The notes beneath the pieces were generated by a model, which saw only the letters and a program-made list of their open reading frames with translations, searched no databases and was not told where the DNA came from. Positions 60,915-64,000 of a DNA stretch of 64,000 nucleotides are shown one piece after another. Within the stretch, counting starts at the first letter, position 1, and the number at the start of each line of letters is the position of its first letter. The translations under genes and the position numbers were made by a program. Source of the DNA: a virus (Duplodnaviria > Heunggongvirae > Uroviricota > Caudoviricetes). The DNA is taken from the IMG/VR virus record IMGVR_UViG_2541047759_000001; one strand, 5' to 3'.

Positions 60915-61003
60915 CGCGGGTTTTCGCTATTTATGACGTTTTTCCGTGAAGGTGACACCACCACCACTTGATTAATATTTAACCATGCAGTTAAGGTAAC
61001 ATT

Positions 61004-61438
61004 ATGATTGATAAAGCTTGTTTTGTAAGTCAGCAGGAAATAGCTGAACATTTCAAGGTTAACAGAACCACTATTCGCGCATGGACCAAACAGGGGATGC
61101 CGTATCTTAATGCGGATCGCGGAAAGTCTGGCGGTTATCACATCGGGCATACATTGCTTTGGTCTTCAGGTAAAAGCCGTCTTGAGGCCATCAGATATCA
61201 CGTAGAAACCAGTGCGCTGGAAAAAATTATGTTTGCCAGGCTGCTTTCATCTGAGCGTGACGAGTACTCCAGTGAAGAAACAGAACATCGATTTGATGAA
61301 GGTTTGCAGATTTACGGCTATTCACCGGAAGATGTGAGCAAGGCACGAAATAAAATGGCTGGCTTTCTGGCTGGGTGGCGTCATGCCGTAAGCGTTCGCC
61401 GTGCCAGCATGGAGCAATCAGCCGATACAGAACAGTAA
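61004..61438 (+). CDS. Nu1-like small terminase or packaging-redirection protein with N-terminal HTH
   Basis: AAGG RBS; 'QQEIAEHFKVNRTTIRAWTKQGMPY' parallels the lambda Nu1 N-terminal HTH; lies between two inverted cos copies. Confidence 0.6.
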   Translation: MIDKACFVSQQEIAEHFKVNRTTIRAWTKQGMPYLNADRGKSGGYHIGHTLLWSSGKSRLEAIRYHVETSALEKIMFARLLSSERDEYSSEETEHRFDEGLQIYGYSPEDVSKARNKMAGFLAGWRHAVSVRRASMEQSADTEQ

Positions 61439-61641
61439 AGCCGATAACTTGTTAATCACTCGCAGCAATGCATGTGATTTGTGCACACTTTCGGTTAACT
61501 GGTTCGATGTCCGGTTTTAGTGTCTGTTTTTTGCGCATGTCCGGTTCATGGAAAGCATGTTTTTATATTTTTCATATGGTTAACTTGCAGAGAAACCGGA
61601 CATGGATCCCGAAAAATTTTCATAAATAGTGAAAACGCGCG

Positions 61642-61653
61642 AGGTCGCCGCCC
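61642..61653 (-). other. Satellite cos copy 2, inverted: cosN plus full cosB-like region with three ATGTCCGG repeats
   Basis: Reverse complement of 61530-61690 matches the prophage cos from cosQ through 'CATGTCCGGTTTCTCT' and beyond. Confidence 0.75.
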
Positions 61654-61717
61654 CGTAACGGGCCATAATTCCAGGAAGGACCCGACGACACCAGACTATC
61701 AGAACGATGGGGGCACA

Positions 61718-61999
61718 ATGACAGAAGCCGAAATACTGCGATTAATCCGCCGCGTTGCCGGAATCAGCCAGCAGGCCGACGAACAGACCACGCAGCCGGA
61801 CAGCGTGACCGCCGAAAATTATGTTCGTGTGGTTGCTGAGGTGATTCGCCGTAATGGTATCCAGCTTAATGATGTGGATATGCGCAACATACGGATCCGC
61901 GTTCTTGAAATGCTGGCCTACAATCGCCGCGTGGCACTGTATCGGGAAACGGAGAAAATTACGTACCACTGGAAGAAGCCGGAGCGGTTGCGGCGGTAA
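61718..61999 (+). CDS. Hypothetical protein
   Basis: 93-aa ORF starting at ATG 61718 just after cos copy 2. Confidence 0.45.
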   Translation: MTEAEILRLIRRVAGISQQADEQTTQPDSVTAENYVRVVAEVIRRNGIQLNDVDMRNIRIRVLEMLAYNRRVALYRETEKITYHWKKPERLRR

Positions 62000-62170
62000 C
62001 TGGTTGATATTTTCGAAATTCGCCAGCGGCGAACATCGGGGAAACCAGCCTAACCCGTTGATATTTTCGGGAACCTCAAATTGAAGAGGTCGGAAACATA
62101 ACCCGTCATATTCTGGATGCTGATAATTACCACGCAGCCCATTAAGGCCTAACCCGTTGATTCTTCCACA
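62000..62170. repeat. Four direct repeats of about 19 bp (TAACCCGTTGATATTTTCG-like) near attR
   Basis: Copies at about 62001, 62050, 62098 and 62149; followed by palindromes at 62174-62227. Confidence 0.6.
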
Positions 62171-62436
62171 ATCCCCCATTGGGGGAGGCTGGGCGGCCTG
62201 CTGTGGGCTTTTCCACCATTGGTGGAAAGGCGCACATCTGGATCATCATTACGGTGATCAAGGGTATGTAAAACCCACCAGCCTGATTGACATTTAACCG
62301 GAAAAAAGCCAGGTAGCCCCGTTATGGGGATCCCCATATCGACATTAACGCCCCTCATGAATTGGCGCGCTTCCCCCTGGAAAGATGACCCGCCTGTATA
62401 TTTCTTGTGTCTATTTGTTCCACGTTGTTTCATACA

Positions 62437-62467
62437 GTGCAACGATCGGTGTAGTTAATGGTGTAGT
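62437..62467. repeat. attR direct repeat GTGCAACGATCGGTGTAGTTAATGGTGTAGT
   Basis: Identical to 51285-51315; weaker similarity extends about 25 bp further upstream. Confidence 0.8.
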
Positions 62468-62553
62468 CAATTTGCGATTTTTAGCACTTTTTGCAGTGCA
62501 AATCATTTAATTAAATCAATGGCTTGCCTTGATGTAGTGATAAAAGGACATAT

Positions 62554-64000
62554 TTATTCATCTTTCGGTGCAGAATGCTGGCGACCAAAAATCACTTCCA
62601 TCCGCGCACCGCCCAGCATGCTCTCTCCGGCGACGATTTTACCCTCATATTGCTCGGTGATTTCGCGGGCTACCGCCAGCCCCACACCTTGCCCAGGGCG
62701 TAAAGTATCAACCCGTTGACCACGGTCGAAAATGACCTCTCGCTTGCTTAATGGAATACCGGGGCCATCATCCTCGACCACAATATAGAGATGCTCGTCG
62801 GTTTGCCTTGCAGAAATTTCGACAAATTCGAGGCAATATTTACAGGCATTATCCAGCACATTACCCATCACCTCGACAAAATCGTTCTGCTCACCAACAA
62901 AGCTGATCTCTGGCGAAATATCGAGAGAGATATTGACCCCTTTGCGTTGATACACTTTGTTCAGCGCCGAGGTGAGATTGTCCAACAGTGGGGCGACCGG
63001 ATGCAGCTCGCGGCTAAGCAATGTCCCGCCGCGCATACTGGCACGATGCAGGTAGTAGCCAATTTGCTGTGAAATGCGGCTGATTTGCTCCAGCATTACC
63101 GGCTCAGCATCACTGACGCTCATCTTCTCACTACGCAGAGAACGCAGCGTACTTTGCAGCACCGCCAGTGGCGTTTTCAGACTATGGGTCAGGTCGGTGA
63201 GCGTCGTACGATATTTGTCGTAACGTTCGCGTTCACTTTTTAACAGTCGGTTCAGGTTTCGTACCAGACTGGTCAGTTCTCGCGTTGTGGCTGGATTGAG
63301 CAATTCACGGTTATGTTCTTCCAGTTCGCGGACTTCTTTTGCCAGGGCTTCGATGGGGCGTAAACTCCACCAGGCGGCGACCCACAGCAGCGGGATCACT
63401 AACAGCAGATTGGCTGAGAGCACATAGATAAACCAGCTCCAGACCATATAGGAACTTTTTAGCTCCACCGGAATGGTATCCACCACCACAATGGTTAACT
63501 TTGGCATCCGCGATGTTGCCGGGTAGACGTTTACCGCCACCGAGTGGGTCATCTCCGCGTCGTCATCATCTTCCCGCACTTCCTGCAACTGTTGCTGTAT
63601 CGAATGATCTCCACTCAGCAAGAGGCTGGTATCGTTAACATCCGCTTCAATTTCATGAAAACCATTCGATTTCAGCCAGTCAGGCTGGATCATCTTCATC
63701 AGCCAGGGCACGTCACGTTGCGCCCATAAAAGCTGCCCGTTCTCATCATAAATTAGTGTCATCGTGGGGCTTTGCTTGTCGATATTTTCGGGTAACTCGA
63801 CATGCAACTTATTGTTTTCCCACTTCGCAAGGGTATAGAACAGATTGCTCTCGCCACGTAACAGCCGAAACGTGGTTTTATCGAAACTGACGCTATAACC
63901 GATCAGCGCAACCATTCCGTAGGCAAGCGAAAGCACCAATACTACTGCTGCCGTTGCTAACAGAAAACGTACCCGCAGCGAGAGCGGGAAAAAAAGATGC
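62554..64000 (-). CDS. phoQ: Sensor histidine kinase PhoQ, 5' end cut by the window edge
   Basis: Recognised E. coli PhoQ; ORF runs to the last base of the window with the start codon just outside. Confidence 0.9.
   Translation of the reverse strand, partial: HLFFPLSLRVRFLLATAAVVLVLSLAYGMVALIGYSVSFDKTTFRLLRGESNLFYTLAKWENNKLHVELPENIDKQSPTMTLIYDENGQLLWAQRDVPWLMKMIQPDWLKSNGFHEIEADVNDTSLLLSGDHSIQQQLQEVREDDDDAEMTHSVAVNVYPATSRMPKLTIVVVDTIPVELKSSYMVWSWFIYVLSANLLLVIPLLWVAAWWSLRPIEALAKEVRELEEHNRELLNPATTRELTSLVRNLNRLLKSERERYDKYRTTLTDLTHSLKTPLAVLQSTLRSLRSEKMSVSDAEPVMLEQISRISQQIGYYLHRASMRGGTLLSRELHPVAPLLDNLTSALNKVYQRKGVNISLDISPEISFVGEQNDFVEVMGNVLDNACKYCLEFVEISARQTDEHLYIVVEDDGPGIPLSKREVIFDRGQRVDTLRPGQGVGLAVAREITEQYEGKIVAGESMLGGARMEVIFGRQHSAPKDE

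Larger units (their letters stand above)
51285..62467. mobile_element. Phage satellite (PICI-like island) between roxA and phoQ
   Basis: 31-bp direct repeats at both ends; P4-family int, alpA, primase, iteron ori, ssb, lambda E/D/Nu3 homologues, cos, Nu1-like gene. Confidence 0.85.

Noticed and set aside
62400-62520. tRNA or tmRNA gene as the satellite integration target
   Set aside because: P4-family integrases often target tRNA 3' ends, but no T-loop or acceptor-stem structure is present at either att repeat; the site appears intergenic between roxA and phoQ.

Overview
This window reads as an Escherichia coli chromosomal segment carrying two mobile elements in tandem context. (1) Positions 1 to about 46400 are a lambda-like prophage: integrase and excisionase at the left edge, a large DnaQ-type exonuclease, a CI/Cro immunity region with shared operator palindromes, a replication initiator with in-gene iterons, a hok type I toxin, DUF968/RusA/Q late-control genes, pR'/tR', two phage tRNAs, a NanS-p-like esterase, an S21-type lysis cassette with extra genes inserted, a lambda-type cos, and a colinear lambda head and tail gene set (Nu1, A, W, B, C, D, E, FI, FII, Z, U, V, G/G-T, H, M, L, K, I, J, lom, stf). 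The right end abuts the 3' end of potB. (2) Host genes potB, potA, pepT and roxA(ycfD) follow. (3) Positions 51285 to 62467 are an 11.2 kb phage satellite bounded by 31-bp direct repeats, inserted between roxA and phoQ: P4-family integrase, AlpA, a divergent ribbon-helix-helix regulator, small accessory genes, primase-helicase, iteron origin, SSB, divergent homologues of lambda E, D and the Nu3-like scaffold domain, a Nu1-like small terminase, and two inverted copies of a cos site that matches the prophage cos. phoQ is partial at the right edge. The most interesting candidates are the capsid-encoding cos satellite with its inverted cos pair, an unrecognised 296-aa gene wedged between holin and endolysin, low-GC cargo at the position where Stx phages carry stxAB, a promoter-plus-terminator-defined small RNA candidate between tail genes I and J, and a low-GC methyltransferase between duplicated tfa 3' ends. 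All product calls rest on my reading of the translations and motifs; no database search was run.
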